DNA of 64,000 nucleotides from Octopus sinensis (Eukaryota). Under the pieces are notes generated by a model, which saw only the letters and a program-made list of their open reading frames with translations, was not told where the DNA came from and ran no database searches. Positions 1 through 11,387 of the stretch are shown piece after piece. Positions within the stretch are counted from its first letter, which is position 1, and every line of letters starts with the position of its first letter. A program made the translations under genes and the position numbers. The stretch spans positions 8,928,001 through 8,992,000 of the forward strand of contig NC_043013.1 of assembly GCF_006345805.1 (NCBI RefSeq), in the 5' to 3' direction.

Positions 1-670
1 CTCAAAAGTACTCCTTAATTTTGGTGATGCATGACCTGTAGGAGCGCAGATATTTCCATCTTGGTATTGGGTATGTAAGGGAATATTAGGGTTTGGATTT
101 AGCTATATGCATTTAAAATCCTTTTCAATTTAATACTATGATACATTGGTTGTTAGATGCAAAGTGAAAAAAGGACGACAAATATCATAATAGCTTTTGA
201 CATGTAAATACATAAATAACACACACACACATACACATACAGGCACGCACTCACACATGTGCACATTCTCTCACGCATAAAACCACGTTCAGTCTCCTTT
301 ATCTCTCTCGGAATTCATGTACCACGCAGATTTATTTAATTTGTTTGTATTCGATTTGAAATGTTTGTTGAAATTCTCATTAATACCCTGCCCTATTTTA
401 AACATACCCAGGCGTTGCCATGTAACATCAACCCTTAGGAACGAGAAATGCAGCAACAAAATCATTAGCAATAAAGTTTAGGTTGAACCTATTTTCATAG
501 GTATACACGTACTTGCCGTGCTCCCTATCTACCTGCCTATATACATACACACACGCATATGCATACATACACACATACATGCATACATGCATACGTAGAT
601 ACATACATATCACATGCATTCATACATACATAAATAACTACCTACATGCACACATGCATACATACATACA

Positions 671-709
<39 letters not shown>

Positions 710-1359
710 TTTATTTTGTTTGTGTTCGTCTTTGGGTGTCTAAGCGACCTTCGATTTTGGTATATGTGTATATTTGTATAGATCTATCTTTTTCTCCCTC
801 AAACAATATATATATATATACGTGTTACGATTTAGTCCTTTTGCAACATTGAAATAGTCCTTCCGGTACTTATGCCCTGTAAGATCATCCCCTACTTTTA
901 TTCATATATTCGGGTATATTTCTATTTATATTTATTTTCCAACTGCTAATGCTCTCTATCAATCAATTCACAGACTGACCATTTCCAAAGACACCCATCT
1001 TTATATCTGTCTTACATACCCCTTCCCTCTCTTCTGTACTTTCTTTCTCACCATCTTTCTTTCCTTTCTCTCCTCTATTGTTTTGAGGAGTATTTATTCT
1101 CCCTTTATCATTTCTCTTAAATATAATTTCAAACTATTTCCTTTACTTTTCACAGACTGATATTTCCTAAGATACCCTTTTTTTCTATTTCTCCTACATC
1201 CCCCTCCCTCTCGCATGTGCTCCCTCTTTCTCTCCATGCTTCCTTTCTGTCTGTCATTGAGTCCCCGATGTCATATCTAATCAAACATAACAGCCATAAC
1301 AGCCTTAACAGCCATCAGACATAACAGCCATAGGAATGGTTTCAATAACATCTCTTATC

Positions 1360-1870
1360 TTTTCTTTGTTAATGATCTGAAGCAGTATGAGCCAAATATT
1401 AATCACGATAAAGAGCAACTGGATCTCATAATCCGTTTCTCAAAAGATATCGGAATGGAATTTGTTGTGTCCAAATGTAAACTTTGAGAGACAAAATTTG
1501 GTAACCTTTTCCCCCTCTCCAACACATTAAACATTAACCACCTAGAAATACAGCCTCAGCTCTCTGGGAAAAGTTACAAATGTCTTGAACAGGATGAGAA
1601 TGTCGGATCCATCAATAAGGAGAGGACAAACTATAAGTACTTGAAGAGGGTAAAAAACTATGGTCATCTGAACTCTCAGCTTACAACACGTGTACTACTC
1701 CTTTGCAGTGCTTTTCCTCACAACTGGTCACTATCAGAACTCAGTGAGATAGATATAGATCCCATGAGCTGCTAGGTGGTACGGAAACTTCAAATCCATT
1801 GGACATTTTGATAGGCTATACTTCTCAAGCATGTATGGTGGCCGTGGTCTCAAACACCAGCTTCTATAAT
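1360..1870 (+). mobile_element. Highly decayed R4/Dong-like RT fragment
   Basis: Manual translation gives LFFVNDLKQY...FSKDIGMEF..SKC and YKCLEQDENVG, resembling LFFVDDLKLY / DIGMEFG..KC / YKYLG. Confidence 0.6.
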
Positions 1871-2934
1871 GGCTGAGTCAATAAAAATGGAATATACAAT
1901 AATGAGGAAAGTACAAAAGATAAATTGATCATCCCCAAATAGAGAAACGAACTAGAATAATGTTTAAATTTGAGCTTTCAGCATTTAACACAATTATTTA
2001 CTTCGGTAGTTAAGGTAGTATCTTAATAAATAAGACATTTATTATTAGTTGTAACACTTCGAAGAGTGTCAACAATTAATCGTAAAATGCGAGTGACTGA
2101 TTTTCATTTATTCTTTCATTCATGGAGAATATGAAACAGAAACATTTATGTAATGGTAATCCACTAGCAACCAACAATGACCAGTGTCCAGGCAAAATGC
2201 CGGCATTGCCCGTGCATGTGGTCCTTGCACCCACTGTTGGCTTCACAAAAGTTCACGCCCGCTTCGCCTCTCTACTGGACTGGGTATCAGAGAGTCGCCT
2301 CGTTGGCAATTGCACAACCTACAATCTTAGGTCCAATAAGGCTTCACAACACCTCACAGGCCCTCTTCACCACTCATCTTTGATGATCCAGAGAAAAGCC
2401 AACGCAAGATATCCAGTGCAACCACGGGTCGCAGGCCCGTTGTTGCACTGGATATGGAGGACCATACTCACAAGTGCAAACAAAAGATCTTCAAAATGTT
2501 CAATGCCGTTCCCTATATATTTTTAATTCAGAGTGACTTTCTCCCAAGGGTCTTCCAATTCACCGGACACCAACGCGGGATTTCTGAGATCCAGTACTGT
2601 TGCAAGATAGTTGTTGAACATACACAAGGTTCATCTGTCCCTTTGGCAAGTCTTGTTTTTAGTCCTGCTGGGTTTCTAGTATCCCTCCTGATCAGGCAAG
2701 CCTAGTGGTGAAGCCGGTTGAGTCGTCCATTACTCGACCATGTAACAACTTCACTGGATTCCATGTTACTGGTAGCACTCATGAGAAACCTCACATGACA
2801 CACACACACACACACACACGCACACACACACACACACAGGGTAAGAAATTTCCATGAAGAGATTTTCACTGAGTAATAAGTTGAAGGGGTGAGAAATATC
2901 AAACATATAGTAAAAGAAGGAAAATGCACACAAT

Positions 2935-3530
2935 CTATATACTTTTAATATATTTTATAATAGAGTATTATCATAGTCTACCGGTTTCGCGTTTTGCTAA
3001 TTATGGCTGGGAAATCGGTGGAAATACTGCAATTTCATAGCATTTTAAGGAGTTTTTAGTCCATTTTGTTTGCATTAGAGATTGCTTGAAAATGAACCAG
3101 TATGTCAAAAAATCTAAGGAGAGGTAATTGGTGATTGTTATTTCTCGCGGAACACTTTTTGTGGGTTACACTTTTGGGGGAGGGTAAATTTACAGTATTT
3201 ATACTACGAAGTTGGTTATGCGTTCATGAATTAAATATTTAAAAAATCCAAAATTGGTTATGCCATCATATCCAGATACGGTTTGTATTTTTCATTTTAT
3301 TTAATCATTCTTATACAGAGATTGTTTCCCTGCACTTGTAGAAGGGGAAATTCCCTGCACATCTCTATTTGTTCGCTGAATGATATGTATTTGCACCTTG
3401 GGAAATGAATCTTTTCTTTAGGAAATATAGTTCTCCGTCTAAGTGGCATCTTTGTTTGGCCTATATAGTTGTGTCGGCATCCTGAACAAGTTAATACATA
3501 AATAATAAAAAAACTTGGCAAGCACAAATG
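2935..3530 (-). mobile_element. Decayed 3' end of a related Penelope-like element (GIY-YIG plus pLTR)
   Basis: ORF 3297..3527 reads IIYVLTCSGCRHNYIGQTKMPLRRR. The downstream cgaaaccggta motif is shared with the other pLTRs. Confidence 0.8.
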
Positions 3531-3671
3531 AAATTAATCCTAATTGTAAATCCCTGTCGTTTTTTGAAGTGAATTCCGAGCCAAATAGGTTGAAGCATGT
3601 ATGTATGTATGTATGTATGTATGTATGTATGTATGTATGTATGTATGTATGTATGTATGTGTGTGTGTGTG

Positions 3672-3770
<99 letters not shown>

Positions 3771-4274
3771 GAACGTGGTTTGCCTCTGGGGAATAATTCG
3801 CCATCAAAAGGGAGATAATCTTTTCTTAGTTAGACAAAGTTGAAGAAATTATATATTTAATTTTTTAGCTTAAAAGGTTTTTAAAATGTTTCTTACACAA
3901 AATAGAACAAAGCTCCTAGATATTTTTGCCGTTGGTAGCCGTGTACATAATTTCTTTATCTGTGAATTAAGGCTACCATTGGTTTCATGTTAAGAAAAGT
4001 AGGAAAATATCCTTGTGTCTAGACAAGTTTTCAAGTCTATCACATGAAGGTGTTCGACTCCATTTTGGAAAACAGTCTTCTACTTGTATGTTGAGGTAGT
4101 ACCTCAACATACTAGTAGAAGGAAACCATGCTCACAACAAAAACAAATTAATAACGTACAATAACTAGCCATTGATTCATTGTTTTACTGTGTATGTATA
4201 TCTCTGTCTATGTCTCTATGTATCTCTGAAGATGAGGATGAGTGTGTGTGTGTGTATAGGTATAGCTATACTTT

Positions 4275-4305
<31 letters not shown>

Positions 4306-4784
4306 CTATGTACATGTGCTTATGTCTGTATAGCCATATATGTTGTTGACATACAATCTTTGCACTAGTTGAGCGTCATATAATAAATCATATATTTCTG
4401 TTGTTTGACAAAACATGTGAAAGTTATATTGAACGTCCTTGATTGGCTGGTAAATGATGTATCAATTATTATTATATAAATGATGAGGTTAATGTTCAAA
4501 TTAATATTTAAATATATTTTGTATATTCAGAATTTTCTAATATGTATATTGGTTCTATATTTAGAAATATGCCTTTGTTCTGAATCTAACTTGATAAAGG
4601 TTAATGATCTGACAATGATGTATATATAATCATATAAAAGGGAAATAGAATTTAATTAAAATTATAAACATTTAATCAAAATTTACATTTCCGGTGGTCT
4701 AACGTGTAAAACAATTAGTCAAAAAGACTATATATTAGTCATACTACATATTGTATATTTAAACACATAAGGAATCATGACGAC

Positions 4785-4835
<51 letters not shown>

Positions 4836-4904
4836 GAGAGAGAAAGAGAGAGAGAGAGAAGATCAAGTCAATCTCTGTCTCTCTTGCTTACTCTTGTGGT
4901 TTCG

Positions 4905-5124
4905 ACCTCGAACCCACAAGTGTAAACAAGGGAGACAGAGACAGGCAGAAACAAGGAAAATGCCTCTTGTATTTGAATACTATGCAAATATTCTTTTAAA
5001 ATACTTTTCATTTAATTTTTTCCAAATTTCCATACTTGCAGCTGAAAAAGTCTCAATGAACGAAACCGGTACTGAAATGTTTTTTATAAAATTATTTTAG
5101 CATCTTCTATCTTGACTTTTTTCC

Positions 5125-5125
<1 letters not shown>
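4905..5125 (+). mobile_element. Solo Penelope-like pseudo-LTR fragment, diverged copy of 9097-9323
   Basis: Aligns by eye with 9097-9323 (acctcgaac.cacaagtg.aaacaaggga...gaaaccggtactgaaatg...ataaaattattttagcat). Flanked by microsatellites. Confidence 0.8.
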
Positions 5126-5196
<71 letters not shown>

Positions 5197-5944
5197 ATAT
5201 ATATATATATATGTATATATATGCATTTATATATGTATATGCATATATGTGTATATATGTGTATTTATGGGTGTATATGTGTCTGAATGGGTGTGTATGT
5301 ATGCATGAATTTATGTATATGTATATGTGTCTGTGTGTATTTATGTTTATGTCTATGAGTGGGGGTTTAGTTGTCGATATATGTAAATCATATTTATATA
5401 GACAACTATATAAAGTAGAATTTAGAAATATTAACATGTACTATAATTAAAGTAAGGTTAACAATTAGTAAAGAAGATTCGGTTTACGGAACATAATGTC
5501 ATGCAGTTTTTGTTTGTATACTATTGCTAAGCGTAATAATTTAAATTAGTCATTTTGTTTGAAGTGTATTCTATCTACCTCCTACACAGATTCCTGACAG
5601 CGAAAATGCTCCTAACGGTTTAATAGAGATTTGCGTTATTTTTATTTACCAAAATGTCGTAACAAGGAACTTTCTCTTAAGTTCCCTGATGAAGCTGTTT
5701 TCCTAAATGCATTGTATTGATTAATTATTTAATTATTGAATCATTTAATTATATAATCATAAACGGATATGCTCTTGGTAAATTAGCTGAAAGATGTGTC
5801 GGATATTTTATTTACTTATTAATCTTTTGTGAACTTTATAGATATTAGGAGAAATAAATAATTAATTGCTATACCACTTTTCCATTGTGAACTTTATTTT
5901 ATGCACACAGACACAGACATATACACATACACACTCAGACACAC

Positions 5945-6032
<88 letters not shown>

Positions 6033-6342
6033 CACATCCGAATATGGGATATCGGGATGCTCTCCTCAATACTGCTCCAAGAACACAGACCATAAATCAC
6101 AACAGGAGACCCCTAATCAACAAAGAACAACTATATACTAGCTACCGTCCCAACCACCGCATTCATTTTTTAGACCCAATACGCAAACACAGAGACACAA
6201 GATAGCACCAAACAAGCAGGAGGAACCAAAAGTAATAAAAATTATTAATCTAACTCACAAGGAACTAACAGCAAACCAAATAAACATACTTTCCAAAGGA
6301 CTCAAGTTTACACCCACCCCACAACACCCCAACTACAATGAA

Positions 6343-8496
6343 ATGAAAGAAGACATCGCAGAATTCTGCAGAAAATTAAGACTTACTGAGGAGCTATACG
6401 ATAAATACAACGAGGACGAATCGTTAGCCAGAAATAGGAGTAACTACACCCCCTCGAAAGGTAAGAATAAAACACTTGATGATTTCTGTGACCACATATC
6501 AAATTACCCATATCAACATATGCACAAACAAAAACACAAACCAAACTTCAGCAAAAAAGAATGGGCTGAGTTGAACAAATTAAAACTAGATAAAACAATA
6601 ACAATCAAAGAGGCCGATAAAGGGAGTGCTGTTGTCTTAATGGATACGACATTTTACATAACTTTGGTACTTTCTATGCTGGAAGACACAACATACTATG
6701 AAAAGGCACAAAACTACAGTCAACAAAAAATAATGAGGGAACTAAAATCCATATTAAATCCATACAAAGCAGGGCTCACCGACAAAGAATATGATTATAT
6801 GACCAATTTCACAAGTAAAACTAGCCAATTCTACGGTATACCTAAGATCCACAAAAGTGAAAAAATAAGCAACGCATGCAAGATAGCTACAGACAAAATA
6901 ATTAAAGTCCCTAATCCTAATGACCTCAAATTGAGACCCATAATAGCAGGTCCCGCATGCGAAACCCACCGCCTCAGTAACTTTTTAGACACCCTGTTAA
7001 AACCACTCCTCAAACATGTCAAAAGCTATATAAGGGACGACTTAGATATGCTCAATCACCTACCGAATACTATAAACAAAAACACCATACTGGTATCCTT
7101 CGATGTAGTCAACCTCTACTCCAATATCCCCCACAACCTAGGACTAGAAGCAATCCAATTCTGGCTAGAGAATCACGCCAACGAACTACCACACCGCATC
7201 AAAAAAGAATTTGTGATAGAAGGGGTTAAATTCATCCTGGAAAATAACTTCTTCGCCTTCAATGACAACTTCTACCGACAAAAATCGGGGACTGCGATGG
7301 GTACACGAATGGCCCCCTCCTTTGCCAACCTAGTCATAGGATACCTAGAGATCAGTCTGTATCGTAAGGTTCTAGAAAGATATGGCAGCCCTTTCTCCAT
7401 CTACATAGAAAACAACTGGAAGAGATATCTAGATGACTGTTTCATCCTTTGGCATAAAAATATAGAAAAACTCATAGAATTCCAGAAAATTTTAAACGGA
7501 CTGGACGTAAACATCCAATTCACGATGGAATATAGCCAACAACAACTCCCCTTCCTCGATATCCTCATTAAGAAAGCTAATAATATAATAGAAACAGACA
7601 TATACTATAAGCCTACAGACTCTAAGCAATATCTTCCATTCAATTCATGCCACCCCAGACACACCAGGATGAATATCCCCTTCAATCTAGCAAAAAGGAT
7701 ATGCACTATAGTCTCTAACGCAAACACTAGAGACACACGACTACAAGAACTAAAAGATACCCTAATCACCAGGAACTATCCACCTTCACTTATTGACAAG
7801 TGCATTCAACGTGCCCTTCAACTTAACATCAAGGAACTGAGACATCCCAAATCAAAGAAAAACTTACAACCAAAAGCCTTACCATACATCTCCACACACA
7901 ACCCTCTCAATAACGAAGCCTTCGACACCATCCTCCACAACATACCCCTCCTAAAAAAAGACCACAGAATGAACACAATCCTCCAAACACACACGATCAT
8001 AAAAAGCAAAAGACAGCCTAGATCCATGAAAAGTCTCCTTACACAAGCCCGAATTCACTCTTCAACACAGAAGCCGACAGTAAAAAAATGTGGAAGACCC
8101 AATTGCGGGATATGCGACTATCTAATCGAGGGTTCTGAGTTCTCCTTCAAACAGGGACAACGGTTTACAGTGAAAAGCAACTTCACATGTGCTTCGGAGA
8201 ACCTAATATACTCACTAACTTGCTCCGGGTGTCAAGAGCAGTACATAGGCCAAACAAAAAATGGTTTGCGTAAACGAATGGCCCTGCACAGATCCCAGAT
8301 AAAAATTCCCCAAAACAGAAAAATAGCTTTTAGCCAACACATAGATACTTGCGCCAACAAAAAAACACCAAACTTCAGAATTTTCCCCCTCTACCAATTT
8401 AGGGACGATACAACCTCGAGACAAAGAATAAGTAAAGAAAATCTCTTTATTACAAAATACAAGCCACTTCTTAACGGGTCTACGACAAACAATTAA
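6343..8496 (+). CDS. Penelope-like RT + GIY-YIG endonuclease ORF (frame open from 6142)
   Basis: RT motifs LVSFDVVNLY, GTAMGTRMAPSFANL, RYLDD, PFLD and YYKPT; Cys linker CGRPNCGIC; endonuclease NLIYSLTCSGCQEQYIGQT..LRKR...E..FI......LN. The upstream in-frame IINLT..LT....ILSKGLKFTPTP is the usual PLE N-terminal motif. Confidence 0.95.
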   Translation: MKEDIAEFCRKLRLTEELYDKYNEDESLARNRSNYTPSKGKNKTLDDFCDHISNYPYQHMHKQKHKPNFSKKEWAELNKLKLDKTITIKEADKGSAVVLMDTTFYITLVLSMLEDTTYYEKAQNYSQQKIMRELKSILNPYKAGLTDKEYDYMTNFTSKTSQFYGIPKIHKSEKISNACKIATDKIIKVPNPNDLKLRPIIAGPACETHRLSNFLDTLLKPLLKHVKSYIRDDLDMLNHLPNTINKNTILVSFDVVNLYSNIPHNLGLEAIQFWLENHANELPHRIKKEFVIEGVKFILENNFFAFNDNFYRQKSGTAMGTRMAPSFANLVIGYLEISLYRKVLERYGSPFSIYIENNWKRYLDDCFILWHKNIEKLIEFQKILNGLDVNIQFTMEYSQQQLPFLDILIKKANNIIETDIYYKPTDSKQYLPFNSCHPRHTRMNIPFNLAKRICTIVSNANTRDTRLQELKDTLITRNYPPSLIDKCIQRALQLNIKELRHPKSKKNLQPKALPYISTHNPLNNEAFDTILHNIPLLKKDHRMNTILQTHTIIKSKRQPRSMKSLLTQARIHSSTQKPTVKKCGRPNCGICDYLIEGSEFSFKQGQRFTVKSNFTCASENLIYSLTCSGCQEQYIGQTKNGLRKRMALHRSQIKIPQNRKIAFSQHIDTCANKKTPNFRIFPLYQFRDDTTSRQRISKENLFITKYKPLLNGSTTNN

Positions 8497-9230
8497 TATA
8501 CCTCAACTTTAGAATAAAAGAAAAATATATATATACACACACAAATACTACACTCCATAGAATCCATTACTAATCAGCCCCTTCATAGCTATATTTACAC
8601 CCATTCATATTCTCCCTCCTCTGTTTTTTCTTCTTCTTCTTCTTCCTCTTCTTCTTCATCATCATCGTTATCATCATCATCGGCGTCATCATCATCGCCA
8701 CCATCATCACCACCATCTTCTCCTTCTCCTCCTTCTTCTTCTTCTTCTTCTTCATCATCATCGTTATCATCATCATCGTCATAATCATCACCACCATCAC
8801 CATCATCGTCATCTTCTCCTTCTCCTTCTCCTTCTCCTTCTTCTTCTTCTTCTTCTTCTTCTTCTTCTTCTTCTTCTCCACCCCCTACCCCTTAAGTTTG
8901 TCACTAATGTTTTTTAGTATAACACCTACGCTAATTCTATAAACAAGCCTGTCAATATAAATATTCTCCTGAATTGAACTGAGACTGCCAGCCGCCACTG
9001 ACCATTCAAAATACGACCATCAGGGCACTCCCAGATTCTCCCACCCCCCTTTCCTCACCAGCCTTCCCTCTACTACCCTACCAAGAACTCACAACTACCT
9101 CGAACACACAAGTGCAAACAAGGGAGTCAGAGAAAGGCAGAATGCCACTTAAATCTGAACACTACTATAGAAATATTCTTTTAAAAAAACTTTTCTTCTA
9201 ATTTTTCTAAATTTAATTATTTAATCGTTA

Positions 9231-9268
9231 CAGTTGAAAAGGTCTCAAAATGACCGAAACCGGTACTG
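9231..9268 (+). ncRNA. Degenerate minimal hammerhead motif in the Penelope pLTR
   Basis: CAG-TTGAAAA-GGTC(tcaaaat)GACC-GAAA-CCGG-TA-CTG: stems I and II pair and stem III is palindromic (ACCGGT), but the core differs from CUGANGA at two positions. Confidence 0.6.
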
Positions 9269-9477
9269 AAATGTTCACTATAAAATTATTTTAGCATTTT
9301 CTATTTTTTACTTGTTTTTTCATATATATATATATATACACATATGAGGGTTTACCCGAAAGAAACCGGAATTTTACAATATTATTGTATTCATATAGTT
9401 TTACATGTTTACACTTTTATTGTATTTTCTACATTATTTACATTTGACGGATATTTGTCCTCATCTTGTTTCTTGTT

Positions 9478-9523
9478 AACACAACGTTTCGGCTGATATA
9501 CTCTCCAGCCTTCATCAGGTGTC
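9478..9523 (-). ncRNA. Minimal (type I, Penelope-associated) hammerhead ribozyme with intact core
   Basis: - strand reads GACAC-CTGATGA-A-GGCTG(gagagtatat)CAGCC-GAAA-C-GTT-GTGTT. Stem I is ACAC/GTGT, stem II is 5 bp, and AACGTT is palindromic. Confidence 0.75.
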
Positions 9524-9572
9524 TTGGGGAAATTTCGAACCTGGGTTCTCATTCCTAAGGTATTTTTCAATG

Positions 9573-9649
<77 letters not shown>

Positions 9650-9652
<3 letters not shown>

Positions 9653-11385
9653 TAGTTTTATTTTTATAGCGTGCTTTCACTTCACTACCTAGCGCAGCTC
9701 TGTGTGCCTTGGGTATGTGCTGTGATTTGTTGTGATGCTCTGATGGTTATTGTATGGAAAGTGTTCTGCGTAGGATGTGTGCAGTGCCTAGTAGTGCAAT
9801 TTTCTGTACGTTATATGTGTTTGTAAGTCCTGGTGTTTTTGTTATGTATTTGTCTGATTATTTTTTTATCATGCCTAATGCACCTACTATGATAGGAATT
9901 GTTTCTGTTTTCAGATTCCACATTCTAGTTACCTCTATTTCCAGGTCTTTGTATTTTGAGAGTTTCTAAATTTCTTTTATAGACACGTTGTCATCTGCCG
10001 GTATTGATACATCAATTAGAAAGCATTTTTTTTCTTCATGATCTCTGACAACTATACCTGGTCTGTTGGCCTTAATTTCTCTATCTGTGTGTATCGGCAT
10101 ATCCCAGAGTATGGTTGCTTTCTCGTTTTCTGTGACCTTTTCTGGTGTGTGCCTATACCATCTTTTTTCTGTTGTTATTCCATAATGTTGGCATAGCTTC
10201 CAATGTATGTAGGTTCCAACTCTGTCATGTCTGTGAATATATTCCTTCTTAGCCAGGACTGGGCAGCTAGAGATAATATGATTTATTGTTTCTTGTCCAT
10301 CTCTACATATTCTGCAGTTACTTGAAATATTTCTTTTCATTACATGTTTTTGGTAATTTCTGGTGGGGAGGCTTTGGTCTTGTGCTGCAATTAAAAATCC
10401 CTCTGTCTCTGCTTTGAGTCCTGAGCTTCTCAACCATTGCTGGGATTTTTCTTTGTCTATTTCTTTTGCGTTTAGTTTAGTCCAGTATTTACCATGAAGG
10501 GCTTTTCTTGCCATCGTTTTATCATGGTTCGTTGCTGTTCTATTTTTAGTTTGGATTTCATTTGTTTTATAGCTTTTGTTGTTTCTTCATCTTCTTCTTC
10601 TTCTTCTTCTTCATATTTATTAGGTAGTATGATTTCCTGTTTGTATTTGTCAGCTTCCTTAAATACTGAGAACAGTTTTTTGCTCGTGTTTTGCCGCTAT
10701 TTGTATCAGTCTTCCTTCCTTCTGAAGTAGATATTTTTGCAGTCCTATGGTGGTTATTTTATAATAGTTTTCCAGCTGTATAAGGCCCCTACCACCTTCT
10801 ATACGTTGTATATATAGTCTTTCTATGTCAGATTTTGGGTGATGCATCCTAGATCCTGTCATTATTTTTCTTGTTTTCCTATCTATTTTGGTCAGTTCAT
10901 TTAGTGTCCAGTTAAGGATATTGTAGCTGTAACTTATAACTGGGACAGCTAAAGTGTTAATACCTATTATTTTGTTTTTAGCATTGAGCTCTGTTTTTAG
11001 TATTGATCTAACTCGTCTATAATATTCTTTTTTAGTTTCTCTTTCATTTGCGTGTGTTGTGTCTTATCTAGTTCATGGATTCCTAAGTATTTGTAAGTTT
11101 GGCTTTGGTCTAATTCTTTTATTTCATTGGTTTTATCTAGTGTGATGTTGCTACTCTTAACTAGTTTTCCTCTTTTCATGGTTACTTTGGCGCATTTTTC
11201 TAATCCAAATTTCATATCTATTTCTTTGGTAAATCCATGAACTGTCTTTAATAGTGTTTCCAGCTGTTTGTCATTTGCAGCGTATAGTTTTAGGTCATCC
11301 ATATATAAAAGGTGGCCGATCGTTTTGCCGTAACATTTATATCCGCATCCAGTTCTATGTGCGATTTGTATACTATCGTTCAAGA
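9650..11385 (-). mobile_element. 5'-truncated R4/Dong-like non-LTR retrotransposon (RT C-half, CCHC, restriction-like endonuclease) with (TAA)n tail at 9577-9649
   Basis: HLLYMDDLKLY, DMKFGLEKC, YKYLG, KALHGKY, CRICRDGQETINHIISSC, ANRPGIVV...LIDVSIP, then PIIVGALG...KIALLGTAHILRR. Several frameshifts and stops. Confidence 0.88.
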
Positions 11386-11387
11386 CT

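Larger units (their letters stand above)
6028..9322 (+). mobile_element. Penelope-like retroelement (Neptune-like) with 3' pseudo-LTR, inserted between (TA)n tracts
   Basis: Contains the 717-aa RT + GIY-YIG ORF and a 3' region with a hammerhead-like motif. Bounded on both sides by TA microsatellite. Confidence 0.9.

Noticed and set aside
414-426. RFX X-box-like GTTGCCATGTAAC and possible - strand exons at 1-470
   Set aside because: A single short motif about 27 kb from MDH1B, and the candidate peptides match nothing I recognise.
4092-4101. TGAGGTAGTA, identical to the first 10 nt of let-7, inside a hairpin
   Set aside because: The match stops after 10 nt and sits at the apex of a hairpin with a 1-nt loop, which is not pre-miRNA geometry. 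The hairpin is followed by GAAAC and fits a decayed hammerhead stem II better.
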